DNA from: Neophaeotheca triangularis
Lineage: Eukaryota
Length of the DNA: 64,000 nt
Direction of reading: 5' to 3'
NCBI GenBank assembly: GCA_054600435.1
Contig: BAAIJX010000009.1
Coordinates: 372,001-436,000, forward strand
Of the stretch, positions 26,386-38,400 are shown piece by piece (the first letter of the stretch is position 1; each line of letters begins with the position of its first letter). Made by a program: the position numbers and the translations under genes. Below the pieces are notes generated by a model. That model did no database searches and was not told the origin of the DNA. It saw only the letters and a list, made by a program, of their open reading frames with translations.

Positions 26386-27574
26386 CTAAGAGATACTCCT
26401 TTCCTCCGCCCTCTCATCCGCAGTCGAATACGGTGGGCCCTGCCCAGCAGCCGCCCTCTCGCCCGCCTCTTGCTGCTCCCTGTGCAACGCATCGACCCTC
26501 TGCTGCTCGGTAGGTCGACCAAGAGGTTCGGTCGAGCTAGCAACGCTCTCCTGCGGGCTCATGGTACGATCAGTCAGCGACTGCCCACCACCCATCGCGG
26601 CCGCGGCACCTCCACCAGGCATGCCGCCAACGCCCAAACCTCCGGCTTGAGACCGCACTTCGTCGACGCTAGGCCGCCACGATCTCAGGCTCTCTTCGGC
26701 ATCGTTGAGCACATCCCTTGCAGCCTCGCTCTCAGAAAAAACCTGACGTTCCTCGCCGGGAACGATGGGCGCGTCGTCGAGGAGGTTTAGCAGGCGCCTG
26801 GCGTGCTGGGCCAGCATGATCTGCTTCTCGGCACGCTCGATGATGGCCGCCGTGTGCAGGTCGTAGGCATTCTTGAATTTCTGGCGAGTGACGTTGGTCA
26901 ACTGCGCCTCGGCGACCAGACTTTGGGCTTCGGCGCGCACGAGCTCTTGCTCGAGAGTCACAATCTTCGTCGACTCGGGCTCCTTGTACTTGAGCTTTTG
27001 GATCTCATCTTGGATCTACAAACGTCAGACATGGTAGTCAGCTATGTGGCCCTTCCTGAGCAAGAAGTTATCGCCATGTGTGCATTCTTACCTTCACCTT
27101 GTGATTTCTGCTAGGCTGCACAGAGCTCTCGGTATTGCGAATCTGCTTAAGCACACCCCTCGAGTCTTCCAAGTTTTGCGCAAACACATCTTCCTGCTCG
27201 GCAATCTCAGCGAGCAAGACCCCCAACTTGTCGCTAATGTCGGAGACGGCGTCGTCCTCGGTGCTCTCGCCCCAGTCGGAAAGCTGACCTGCGATGGACT
27301 GACCCTCGCGACCCGCGGATTCGTAGGCGCCGATGGCGTGGTTCTCCGTCTTGATGAGTTTGTACAGCTTCTTGCTCAGCTCGGGCTGCTGGGTGCCGCG
27401 AAGGGAGGCCATGGTGAAGCGGTGGGTTGGGGTGGATTTTGAGCTCGAGTTGTCCTTTTTGGAGGAGCGCACCGAGTGCGAGCGGCCGATGTTCCTGTTG
27501 CCATGTCTGTTAGCCGCCTGCTCGAAGTGGCAGAGATGATGCTTGTCAAGGGGTGGATGCGGTTGAGCTTACAT
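26386..27574 (-). CDS. Eisosome BAR protein of the Pil1/Lsp1 family (PilB-like); introns 27572-27495 and 27091-27016
   Basis: QPELSKKLYKLIKTEN, QLSDWGE, DDAVSDISDKLGVL, IRNTESSVQPSR, KLKYKEPES and LEQELVRAEAQSLVAEAQLTN. Confidence 0.92.
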
Positions 27575-28473
27575 CTTGACGGGCTGTTGTTGGCGTAGGT
27601 GAAATTAGGATAGATTTGCTGCGGAGGCTTGAACGCTCAAAGGTAGTAGGCGAGTGAGATCGTCAAATGTGCTGTTTCCTGAGAGAGTCGAGGCAATCAA
27701 AGCAGGCAGAGTAGCTAATCTGGTGGGAAGGTAGAGCTCGAGGGCGCGCGGCGGGGGCATCGAGCCAAACCCAAAGCCGGGCAGCTGGAGGTGACAATCA
27801 CGAACGACGTCATCTGCCAATGTGGAATGAGACCTACCTTACCTTACCTTACATGTGATCCCGAGGTCGTAGCATGCCGCGGAGCTACAGTGGAACGGAT
27901 CAAGGTAAATACTTGACGGCGTGAGCAATGCGAAGCTCGTCGACTAATGACTACAAGTATATGTAGGCATAAGGTAACGTCGACGTGGAACAGTATGGCG
28001 ACAACTATAGCCACATCTGAAACAACTGGAACTCGGCAGCGAAGATCAATTGGTTGATCGACGCTGTGAGCACAGGCCCTTGGTGCATGCCGATGAGAAC
28101 TTGAATCTAAGTAAGTGTGCAATATAGCCAAGGCAGCTAGTTAGTGAACGAATCCAATATCCAGTCTCAAAGAACTTCAAGCAGTGCAAATATGGCGCGT
28201 AAACACTTGTGACATGGCAGGCCTCCCACAAATCAACCGCTCCACGCAAGGCAAGTTGGCACCCCATGCTCCAGCCCAGACCTGTAGTCCCAATCGTACT
28301 ATGTATCCGTCAAACACAGCGCATACAAAAACTTCCACAGCCTCCCGTCCCATGCCACCGTATCCAACGTAATCGCCCCACACCCACATATATCGCCATC
28401 CCGAACCTCCCCAACCCAAGCACCCCAAGACCCAGCCCTGCGCAACGCAACGCAACGCAACCACCACCTCCCC

Positions 28474-28791
28474 CTACCTAGCCACCCTCCTAGTCCGACT
28501 AACAGAACGCCGATACTCCACATCCCTTCCCACACTCCGACTCCGCGCCCTCACGGGTTCCAAGTACCGACTCTCCCTCGCAGGTTCCAGAAACCTGCTG
28601 TCCCGAGCACTGGCATAGCTGCGCCGGGGACTGCGCGGTACCGCTGCGTAACGTGGTGCCGGGCCACTGTTGTAATTGCTGGCGCGGCGCGGGGCTGGCA
28701 CGTCGTAGTCGTAGGAGTTTTGGTAGTCGTAGTCGGGGTAGGAGCTGTCGTAGCGGCGGACCGTCTTCGGGGGGCGGGTCACGAGACACAT
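28474..28791 (-). CDS. Small R/S/Y-rich hypothetical protein (105 aa)
   Basis: ATG ORF with biased, protein-like composition and a duplicated SR(F/Y)LEP(A/V)R. Flanking nucleotide skew is typical of genes here. Confidence 0.55.
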   Translation of the reverse strand: MCLVTRPPKTVRRYDSSYPDYDYQNSYDYDVPAPRRASNYNSGPAPRYAAVPRSPRRSYASARDSRFLEPARESRYLEPVRARSRSVGRDVEYRRSVSRTRRVAR

Positions 28792-29449
28792 CTCTTTTTG
28801 GTTGGGTTGGGATGGGTTTGGAGTTGGGCTGAGTTGGGTCGGGTTGGGGGGTTGAGCGGCAGTGGTTGGTGAGTGGGATAGCGGTGGAGTGGATTGAGAT
28901 GGCGCGCGCGAAATGCAAAGGAAGCCTCCTCTCGTGAGCGGACGAGCTGTCTAGAGGCGAAGGCCGACGTAGGAGAGGGTGGGGGAACTTAAGAGGGCAC
29001 AAGGTAGAAGGCAAGGTAGTAGTGAACAACACGACTGCCAACTTACTTTCTCCGCTAATCTACACTTCTAGACTTGACCGAGTGCTAGAATGCGCCAGAC
29101 TCGTCATGCCTCTCGGCGCGAGCCTGTTGAAGACGGGATGGGATGGGGGTGGATGCTCAGGGCGGGCGGCTTTCGGTTTTGGTGGGGCCCGGCTGTTGCG
29201 TAGGCCAAGAGTCTTTGTTTATTCTTCAAAATAATCGGAGGCCGAGATGTTCATGTACATGGACATCCCTGACGGAGTTGGCCCAACAATTGACAAAACT
29301 CCAAGAGGCACACATGTGTTCACAAAGCGGTTTTTACGCTACGTACCGCAATTTGCCAACACCGCCCAAATACCTCAACTCCAATTCCCGTATCACATTA
29401 CCCAGACCATCCACAACGACCACTAGAAACACTCCCAACCCCTCTCACC

Positions 29450-32400
29450 TCAAAAATTCATCCCCCCTTCGCCCATCGGCGTACTGACTAAACTCTGTCT
29501 GCTCCTCCTCGGACTATCAATGTCCATAGCACCACTCATAACCCTCACGACCTTCCTCCCCTTACCGCCATCATTGTGCACCAAAACCTGCGCAGGACAA
29601 ACGACAATCTCCTCGTCGCCTTCGCCGCTCTCATCGCCCTTTTTGACAACGAGCGGGAATAGCACGATCTTGACAATCGCCCGCTCTTGCTCCAATTGTT
29701 CGTTGGAGCTGTAGTGCCCGCTGCGCTCGTTCATCAGTGACGCGTTGAAGTGCACTTTACGCACCAGGTCGCCATTGGTGTCGTATTCGGGTTGTAGGGG
29801 CGGGAGCATGATGAACTCTGCGCGTTGCGTGCGCATCTCGATTGACAGATTGACCGCAACTGTGACGACTTTTTGCAGTGAGTCGACGAGTTGACGCTCA
29901 GAGCTAGAGGGAGGTGGTAGGAAGGTGCACAGCACGCTGAAAATCTCAGTTGCCACGGCTTCTGTGTCGAGCGCGCATTGCGTGGAGAATGCTGGGCGCT
30001 TTGAGAGTAGCGTGAGAGTCGTAGCGCGCCATTGGGCCACTGCGCGTGGCGGGCCGACTTCTGCAAGAATCTTCTCCAGCGCTTTGAGCTTTTGTCGTTG
30101 CTCGCGGTCCATTCCAAAGAGATAGCGAGTGAAGACGTACTCCCAGATCATAGTCATGAGCACCGACATGAAGACGTCACGACGCCTGACGCGGTCACCA
30201 AGAAGTTTGTCGACGTCGGTACCGTCAAGGATAGCATTGTCGAGGCGCGCTTCGATCGTATCGTCGTTCAAGTCGGAGGACAGTCTGCAAATACGGTTGT
30301 CTGAAAGCTTAGAGAAGCGCAGCACCCATTGCTGTGCATGCTGGCAGAGCTTCTGGCAGGCCCCGTCAAAGTAGTCCTCGTCGCGGGCAGTCAGGAAGTC
30401 GTCCTGATTTGAGCCCTGTATTTGGACCTGCAACGCTCTGATGCGTTCTGTGGCGATTTGCAGTTCTTCGCGCAACCTACGAATCTCGCTGTTCTTGTCG
30501 GAGAGAGCGCTTGTAATCTCCTGCTCAACGACATCGCGCATGCCAGAAGTAAGTCTGCCGTTCTCCTGGCGGATAGCTTCAAGTTCTCTGCTAGCGTTCT
30601 GCCATTGCTCACGGGCTTGAGCATGTTCGGCTTGCAGTGTACCATAGCGGCCATTAGTGTCGTCGACCAAGTTCTTGTTTGCTTCGGTCAAACCACCATT
30701 CATCTCCATTAGTCGCTCGATCTCAGCTTGCATGGGGTCGAGCATCATCTTGATACGAGAGATTTCATTTTCTTTCTCCCGCATCTCGTGGTCTCGTTGA
30801 TCGAGAGCTCGCTGGAGATTTTGGTAGTCGCCATTGTTCGAGTCGAATCCTCTTTGGCCGGAATGTTGCGCTTCGTGCAATTCGCGATTCTCTTGGACGA
30901 GTTGTTCCATTCTGGATTCGAGATCCATTATGTGCATGCTCTGGCGCTTGCGCATGCTTGGCGGTCTGGTCGGTGAGACTTGCGAGCCTGAAGCGTCGCC
31001 ATAGCCCTGCTGTAAACAAGTGTCAGTTACTGCACCGGCATTGACAGCAAATTCATGACTTGCACTTACGTATACATCTGCCATTCCACCAGCTGCGCGC
31101 GGTGCGCCACGATTGACTACCTCTTCATCGTCTTGTAGTGGTGGAGTTGGTGGAGGCTCGAAGGGAATTGTTTTGGGTGACGAGCGGGCGCCAACGGCAG
31201 ATCCCGATCCCGCCTCGCTAAGCCTGGCCGCAGAACGAAGGTCACCTGACGTGCTGCGGTCCATGCGTCTCAGGCTTGGCGTGAGACTGCGGTTGCTCGC
31301 CCTGCTGAACGATCGCAGCTCTTCTTGAGGTCGTGGGAAATAGCCACCACTGACGTTCGATCGATTGCTCATGGCGCTGGGCGAGCGTTGGTCGGATATT
31401 GTGCGTCGCGACGGCTTGTTTTGCAGTGACTGGTCGGCGCTCCCGTATTCACCATTCTCGTTGAAAGCATTGCGGTTGATTGCGTTGGCAGCCCATCCCT
31501 GCCTACCTACTTGCGGCAGGCCAATGTGCGGATCTGCGTTGGGCGTATGCAAAGGCGAAAATGATTGATCGCGTAAGGCTTCTGGCGTCTCTTGGTGCTT
31601 GGAAGCTTTGAGATCGTGAGCTGGTGAGCCAATGTCGTTCGTTGGCTTGCTCCTCTTGCGCTGGCTCTTCGAAGATGGACGTCCTTCCGGTATGGCTCCA
31701 AGTACACCCCGTGAGCCGAGAGGCCCTGCAGAAGGCGAAGACGTTGGTTGATCGAGTTGCCTGCTATTGTCTTGGTTTTGCGCCTGTTCAGTCTCCAGTG
31801 AGCGATGGGTGTCGCCTGGTGTGGCGTTAGTATCACCTTCGCGAGGACCAGCGTGTGGCGACTGAAACAAGTAAGAAGCGCGGTTCTTGGTCGTCGGCTC
31901 CAGCGGAGTCATCGCGGCGTCACCACTAGGGGTGCGCTGGTGGTCGCTTGCTTGCATGTCTCTTGACTGCGCGTTATTGCCGGTACCAAGATGCAGCGGC
32001 TCTTGCGATCGTCGCTCACGCAGGCTGCCCTGGGAAGCCGCTTGTCGAAGCTCTGGTGTCCTTGGAGCTGTGCTCTCCGTGGAACGGTGTTTGACGCTGC
32101 CTTCTTGGTAACCTGAGTCTCTATTCAATTCGTCTTCAGCAGGGAGAGCTCTAGACGTAGTGTCATCGGCAGCTGGAACATTGTCAAAAGACCAAGCGCC
32201 TTGCTTCTCAGAAGGTTGGGACAGAAGCGTCTCGGAGGTCTCAAGCTGGCGGTAAGTTTGCTCTGGCGTGTGTTTTACCTGAGTAGGCAGCGACTGAGAC
32301 ACCTCGGAGGTGTGCACGATGTCCGGTTTAGGTCTTGCAGTGTCGTTACCGGAAGTCGTTCGTCGCTTTACGCGTTGCAAGCCAGGAAAAAGGCTTTGGA

Positions 32401-35400
32401 CTTTGCTCGCGCTATTTGGACTCGAAACGTTGGAAGGAGGGTCTTCTCGGCTGGCCTCCGGTGAACGAGGAGTATATACATTGGTCTCACCACCAGCTGG
32501 CGCTTCTGTCGTCTTCTCTTGCGGCTCTGATGAAGTTCCCGGAATAGCACTTGCCTCTGATTGCTTCGTGCCACCGCTTTCGGGCATAGCGCTTGGCGGC
32601 TCAGCTTCCGTAGTATCGCCTGACTGCGCAGCAAGAGCCTTCTGCTTCTTCTTGTTGCGCTTGTTTTTCTTATACGCCCGGTAAGCCTGGTCCATCTCAT
32701 CGACATCCATCTCCTGGCTTTTGACTTGAGATTCGCTGGGAGTTGGCCCGTCGGTTGGCGGCACAGACGTTGCACCTGTTGACTGTTCTTGTTCGCGAGT
32801 GGCGGGAATGTCGTTACCGCCATTCTCTGCAAAGCCACGCCGATTATTCGTCTCAACGAACGGTTGTTCCTCTGCCTTCTTGTTTTTCTTGCCCTTCTTC
32901 TTGGCGGACGGCGCAGTCCACTCATCAAACCCGCCTTCTTGATCGACAACATCCGGCGCCGCGAGATCTTGTGTCGCGTCGCCTGAAGTCATTGCAGTAT
33001 CATTACCAATAGGGCCGGAGTCTGTTCCTTCAGAAGGCTCCATAAGGGAAGAGTCTTGCGCTTCGTCCTCAAGCGGCGTGACAGGCACTTCCACCGGGTC
33101 CTTATTCTTCTTCCCCTTCTTCCCTTTCTTCTTTGTCGGCGCAGCCCACTCATCCTCTCCAGCTTCGCGAGACATTGATGCAAGGCTAGGTTCCCGAAAT
33201 TCGCCTTCAAGCGCGTTGCCTTGGATGTCTCCTGCCCCAGATGCGCCCACAGAGCGATCGTTGTCGGCCTCTGTATCAATCGCTGCATCAGACAGATCAT
33301 TGTTGCCGAACTCGGGGGTCTCAGCTAAGACGGCAGGGGGTTCGAAAGCGTCCCTTGGAGCTGACTGGTCCTCTTGTGAAGGAGACTGCGATCCCTTCTT
33401 GCCTTTCTTGCGCTTTTGCTGTGCAAATGAGAAGTCTCTATCTCCGGTGACTTCATTGAAATCAGCATCTCCACTGGGCGCAGAACCAGCTTTCTTCAGC
33501 ATGTCGGCATCGAAGCCGCCACCTTGCAAGCTCTGCGCTAGGACTTTGTCGAAGTCGTCTTGAGCGTTCTCGAGACGAGGTTCCGGAGTTTCAGCTGATG
33601 GCTCTGGTGCATCTGGAAATTGCTCGTTGCTTTCTTGCGCTCTCTTGGCTTTCTTGCCCTTCTTTACTTTCTTCGATGTCGCTGCTGGGAAGGTTTCCTC
33701 AGGGTCGGCTTCCGCTGTCGCATGCGGCGGAGACTGCCTGCGATGGTAGGCTGGGTCGTCGACCACCACGTTGGGATCAAAACCGCTCTGCGAAAGCCCA
33801 GCAGCAAGTGTCGCAGCGAAATCGATGTCTTGCGAGGAAGATGGTTCGTTATCCGCGGGAGCAGAGGCAACAGAAGGCTCTTCCCTAGCTTCATCAAAGG
33901 CCCCTTGTTCGTCCTCCTCAGTTGTAGCCTCGGTTGGCTTATCACTCTCGAGCTCAAGGGCAGTCTCGGCTTCTCCTGATGCGGGTGTTAAAGTTGTATC
34001 TTGGCCCTCGCTGACAAGCTCGAGTGGCTCTTTGGCCTCTTCTTGAGAGATAGCTTGAGGCTCTTCAGTCACTAGTGAAGTTGGTTTATGCGCCTCATCC
34101 TCAGCTGGGACGTCCCAGGCCAAGGCAGCACCCTTCTTAGCCTTCTTCTTGTCTTTCTTAGACTTTTTCGAAGGCGCTGTACCCCAAAATTCATCTGCTT
34201 CTGGCTCTGCAGCGATTTGATCGGCGTTCGCAGTTTCGAGATCCCTCGACATAGGCTCTTTTGGCTGAGTTTGGGCGAGCGCTTCATCCGTGAAGTTTTC
34301 GGGCTCTTCGGTGGGCTCATCGGCAAGCGCTGGACCTCTCGCAGCCTTCTTCTTGGCCTTCTTCGACTTCTTCGAGGACGAAGCGCCCCAGAAATCATCT
34401 TCTGCAGGCTCTCCATGAACTCCCTCGGTTTCAACAGAAGCTGCTGGCTCCTCTGGCGTAGCAGTTCCCACAGGCGCGATAGGCTTCTCTTCTTCTGCTC
34501 CTACTTCCAATTCTGCGGCAGGCTCGTTCTCGGAAGCTTGAGCTTTCCTGTCCTTTTTCTTGTCCTTCTTGCTCTTCTTCGTGCTCACAGGGAACATTGA
34601 TTCAGGGTCAGGCTCGGTTTGGACTGCTTCTGGCATATCTTTTTGAAAATCGAAAGCTTCTGACGGAACAGTGGCACGCTCATTTACCTCACCAATAGAA
34701 GTGTCTGGTTTCGGTTGGTCGGCGCGAAGGGGTGCCTCTGGAGCAACAGGCATTTCCGCTTTCTCTTCAGCACGGTCGCGATTGTCAATGTCGTTGCTTG
34801 ATGCCTCTGGCTGGTTGGTATGTTCGGTGATCTGAGCCGAGGGTTCGCCGTTCTCATTCCTAGCCGAAGATCCCTGCTTCGCTTTCTTCTTGTCCTTCTT
34901 GCTCTTCTTGGCCGGAATTTGGAAATATGTCTCGGTTTCTTCTTCGGGCTCTGGCTGAGTCGACTGCGGCACTTCTTCAACTGTGGTTGTCTCTTCGTTG
35001 ACAACAGCTGCAGGTTGAGAAGAGTAATCTACGCGAGCTTGAGGTGGTGGCTCCGGTTGTGCCTCTTCAATCGGGTTGCTCGCCTGCCCCTGTGGGGTTT
35101 CAGATTCATCCCATGCTAGGCCCTTACTGGCCTTTTTCTTGTCTTTCTTGCTTTTCTTTGTTGTCATGGGGAAGATATCAGCCTCTGAGGGCTCTTGCTC
35201 AGGTGGTAGCTGGGCATTGTTGTTGTCAACGGCCGGGGGGTCCTGCCTTGGCTCTGGAACGACAGTAGCCTCTGCCTTCGGCGCTCCAGTACCTTCGGCA
35301 TTCTCCACCGGCTCGTCTTCTGGGACTGGGCTTTCAATGAGCTGCGGGTCCAGTTGCCCCAGGCTTGGTGTTTCCTCGGTCTGCCCGGATTGCTGCTTTT

Positions 35401-38400
35401 TGGCCTTTTTCTTGTCCTTCTTGCTCTTTTTGGTACTGATTGGAGCAAAGCTGTCGTCTTCCGGTTGTTGTTCAGGCTCAAGCAGCGCATTGCCATCCTT
35501 GAAGTATCGAGGAGATTCGATATTTGCAGATTCTGGCTCTAGACCCTGTTCACTTGCACGAGTAAAGATGTCGTCGCTAGTTTCTGCAGCTTTAAAAGCT
35601 TCTTCCGATTGAGTGTCGACCACGGCGGCATTCTGAGAAGGCTCTAGACCAAACTGCTCTCCTACGATGGGCTGCTGGGGAGCCTCGGAGGCAGGAACAT
35701 CTTCGTTGCGCTCGTCGTTCGGGGCCTCCATAGCGGTGATGTTATCTTGGAGAGGGGAGCCTTCTCCGCCTTCTGGAGCATGCCTTTGGACTTCATCTTC
35801 ACCAGCTGCGGCCACCTCGCTTGTGATCTTCTCTGCGGAATCGATCGTAGCCTCTGCGGGAGTGGTGCTAAGGACTTGGGGTGTTGCTGCTTCGTCGGCA
35901 TGGCGCTCTTGTTCGGGAACAGATGGTCCCTCGGCGGCATCGACCTCTGGTGGCATATCAGACAAAATATTCAGTGCTTTCGCCTTCTTTCCTTTCTTTT
36001 TCTTGCCCTTTGCAGAGAGCGCCCAAAGGTCGTCCTCACCGCCCTCGACCGGTGTCTGAGATTCGCTTGTGATCTGGTCGCGTTCTTGCGTGTTCTGAGC
36101 AGCAACCTCATCAGACTCCGGAGGAGATGGCGCGCTGTCTGCAGCTTCGAGTGCCTGATCCATCCCCTGTTCAGCAGCAAGTTGCTTGGCCTTTTTGGCC
36201 TTTTTGCCCTTCTTTGTCGTAGTTGGCATCGACCACATGTCTTCGGTTGTAGCTTCGATCGGTTGGGCTTCTGCTTCGGGCGACGGTTCCGTTGGCCCCG
36301 TCTCTTTTGGCCCAACGCCAGGAGACGTCTCTAAAGTGGACTGACTTTCATCGTTTGCAATCGGTGGCTCTTCGAAGCCGTCCATCTTCTTCGCTTTCTT
36401 GTCCTTCTTTCTCTTTGACTTGATTGGCGCTCCCGACAGGTCTTCGCCCGTAGCTGCAGCATCTTCTTGCATCGTTTTAGGAGACTGATCTTGCACATGT
36501 GCCTCAGAAGTGGGCGTACCAGTCACCAGGGGCTCGGTGACCGGTGGCGCATCTGATCTACTCTCTTCGAAACCCCCCGATACCGCTGCATTTTCAAGAA
36601 GTTCACCAGATTCGGTCGCTTCGACGGCAGACCGTCCAGTAATCTCACTTGTGGATTCAATGGCAGTGTTTTCCTGGGGTTCGGTATGGGGCGGCTCGGC
36701 AGTTGTTTGATTTTGGGATGGCACACTCGAATCGGCGGTCTCGTCGAACATCACCTGCGCCCTCTTCTTAGCCTTCTTGGACTTCTTGCTAGTGGTTGGT
36801 GGTTCCCACTCGTCCTTTGGCTCGGCTTCTTGCAAAGATGGCTCAACAGGCATGTCTGCGCCTGGAGCATCTGGCGTGGACTCGGAGCGATTAAACGGCT
36901 CATCTGCATGGCCTGTGTCTTGCTGCTGTGCCTCTGGAGAGGTGGCCTCATTTTCGAAGTGAGTTTGCTTTCCCTTCTTCGACTTTTTGCCCTTTTTGCT
37001 TTTGGCTGGAGCCGCCCAGAATTCATCGGCTTGCACCTCATTCTGGGAAGATGTCTCAGGCAGTGCACCGCCTTCGGCTTGTGCGGCGGGGTTGTATAAT
37101 GCTTGGTCTTGGGGTCGTTGACTGGAACTTGCCGCTTCATCGCCGGCACTTGCTTCTGGAGAAGAAGTAGCGACCTCATAGTCAAGGCTTTGGAAGTGTT
37201 TCGCCTCGGTAATAGCCTCTTCACTGGCCGCAGGCTCGATCCGAGCATCTTCGGCGTCTGGTACGCCTACAGCTTGGCTCTCGCTCTGATGGAGCTCTGC
37301 AGGTGGACCGTCTTCTGAATAGGCTTTGTTCTTCTTGCCCTTCTTCCCTTTCTTTGACTTTGAGGGGGCACTCCAGATGTCGTCCGCCTCAGCCTCAGTC
37401 GGATGCGCCGGTTCGCCACGTGAAGCTTCTTGATCTTCGACGTTGTGATTGATGGGTTCAATCCGCTCATCAAATGAATTCTCGACGCTGGCGGTGTGAT
37501 TGCTACCGGGAGCATCTTCGGGTTGTTGCTGCTCAGCCGTTCCAGAAGCCTCGTCAAGAGTGGGACTGTCCTCGAAGAAGGCGTTCTTGTTCTTTTTGCC
37601 TTTCTTCCCTTTCTTGGTCTTCGTGGGAGCGCTCCAGATGTCGTCGGCTTCGGCTTCAGCAGGGGGCGCATATTCATCTGCGACGGCATCACCTCCTCGC
37701 TCATCTTGGAGAGCAGGCTGCTCGACAATTTTGTTGTCCTCATCGGGACTTGGGCCGGTGGTGGATAGTTCCTGAGCTGGTTGTTCGTCGTCAGGATCTG
37801 CTTGCTTTGACTTTTTACCCTTTTTATTCTTCTTGCCCTTCACAGGGGCAGCCCAGTAGTCGTCTGCGTCTTGCTCGGCTGGCATTTGCGACTCGGGTGC
37901 AGCCTGCTCGGAAGCCTTTTGATCGGGAGGAGACTCAAGGGTGAGTTCGTTTCCGGTCTCGGTCGCTTGAGCTTGAGCTTGAGCTTGACTTGGTTCTGGC
38001 TCTTCACTCGTCTCGGCAAAGAGTGCGGCAGCCTGTTTGGCTTTCTTGGCTTTTTTGCCCTTCTTGCCCTTTGCTGGCGTGCCCCCGAGATCTTCCGCTT
38101 CAGCTTCTTCGGTCGGTGGCTGTTGGGCAGCATTTGTACCCACTTCCTCAGTGTTTGTCTCGGAAACAGCTGGGGGGCTTGGTTTTGTCGAAGCAGCGTG
38201 ATCGATGCCTTGTAGCTTTGGGCTTGTGGTAGGTTGCGCTTCGGAAGCCGTGTCGAGCGGTGCCGCATCTTGGGCTTGCAGATCCACCTCTATGGTGTCA
38301 GGCCCTGCACCTTTTTCTTGCGCATCGGACGGCAAGGCACTATTGTCCGCAGCAGGCGGCGCCCTTTCTTGTTGATACGTCGTCATCGAACCAGACTCAG

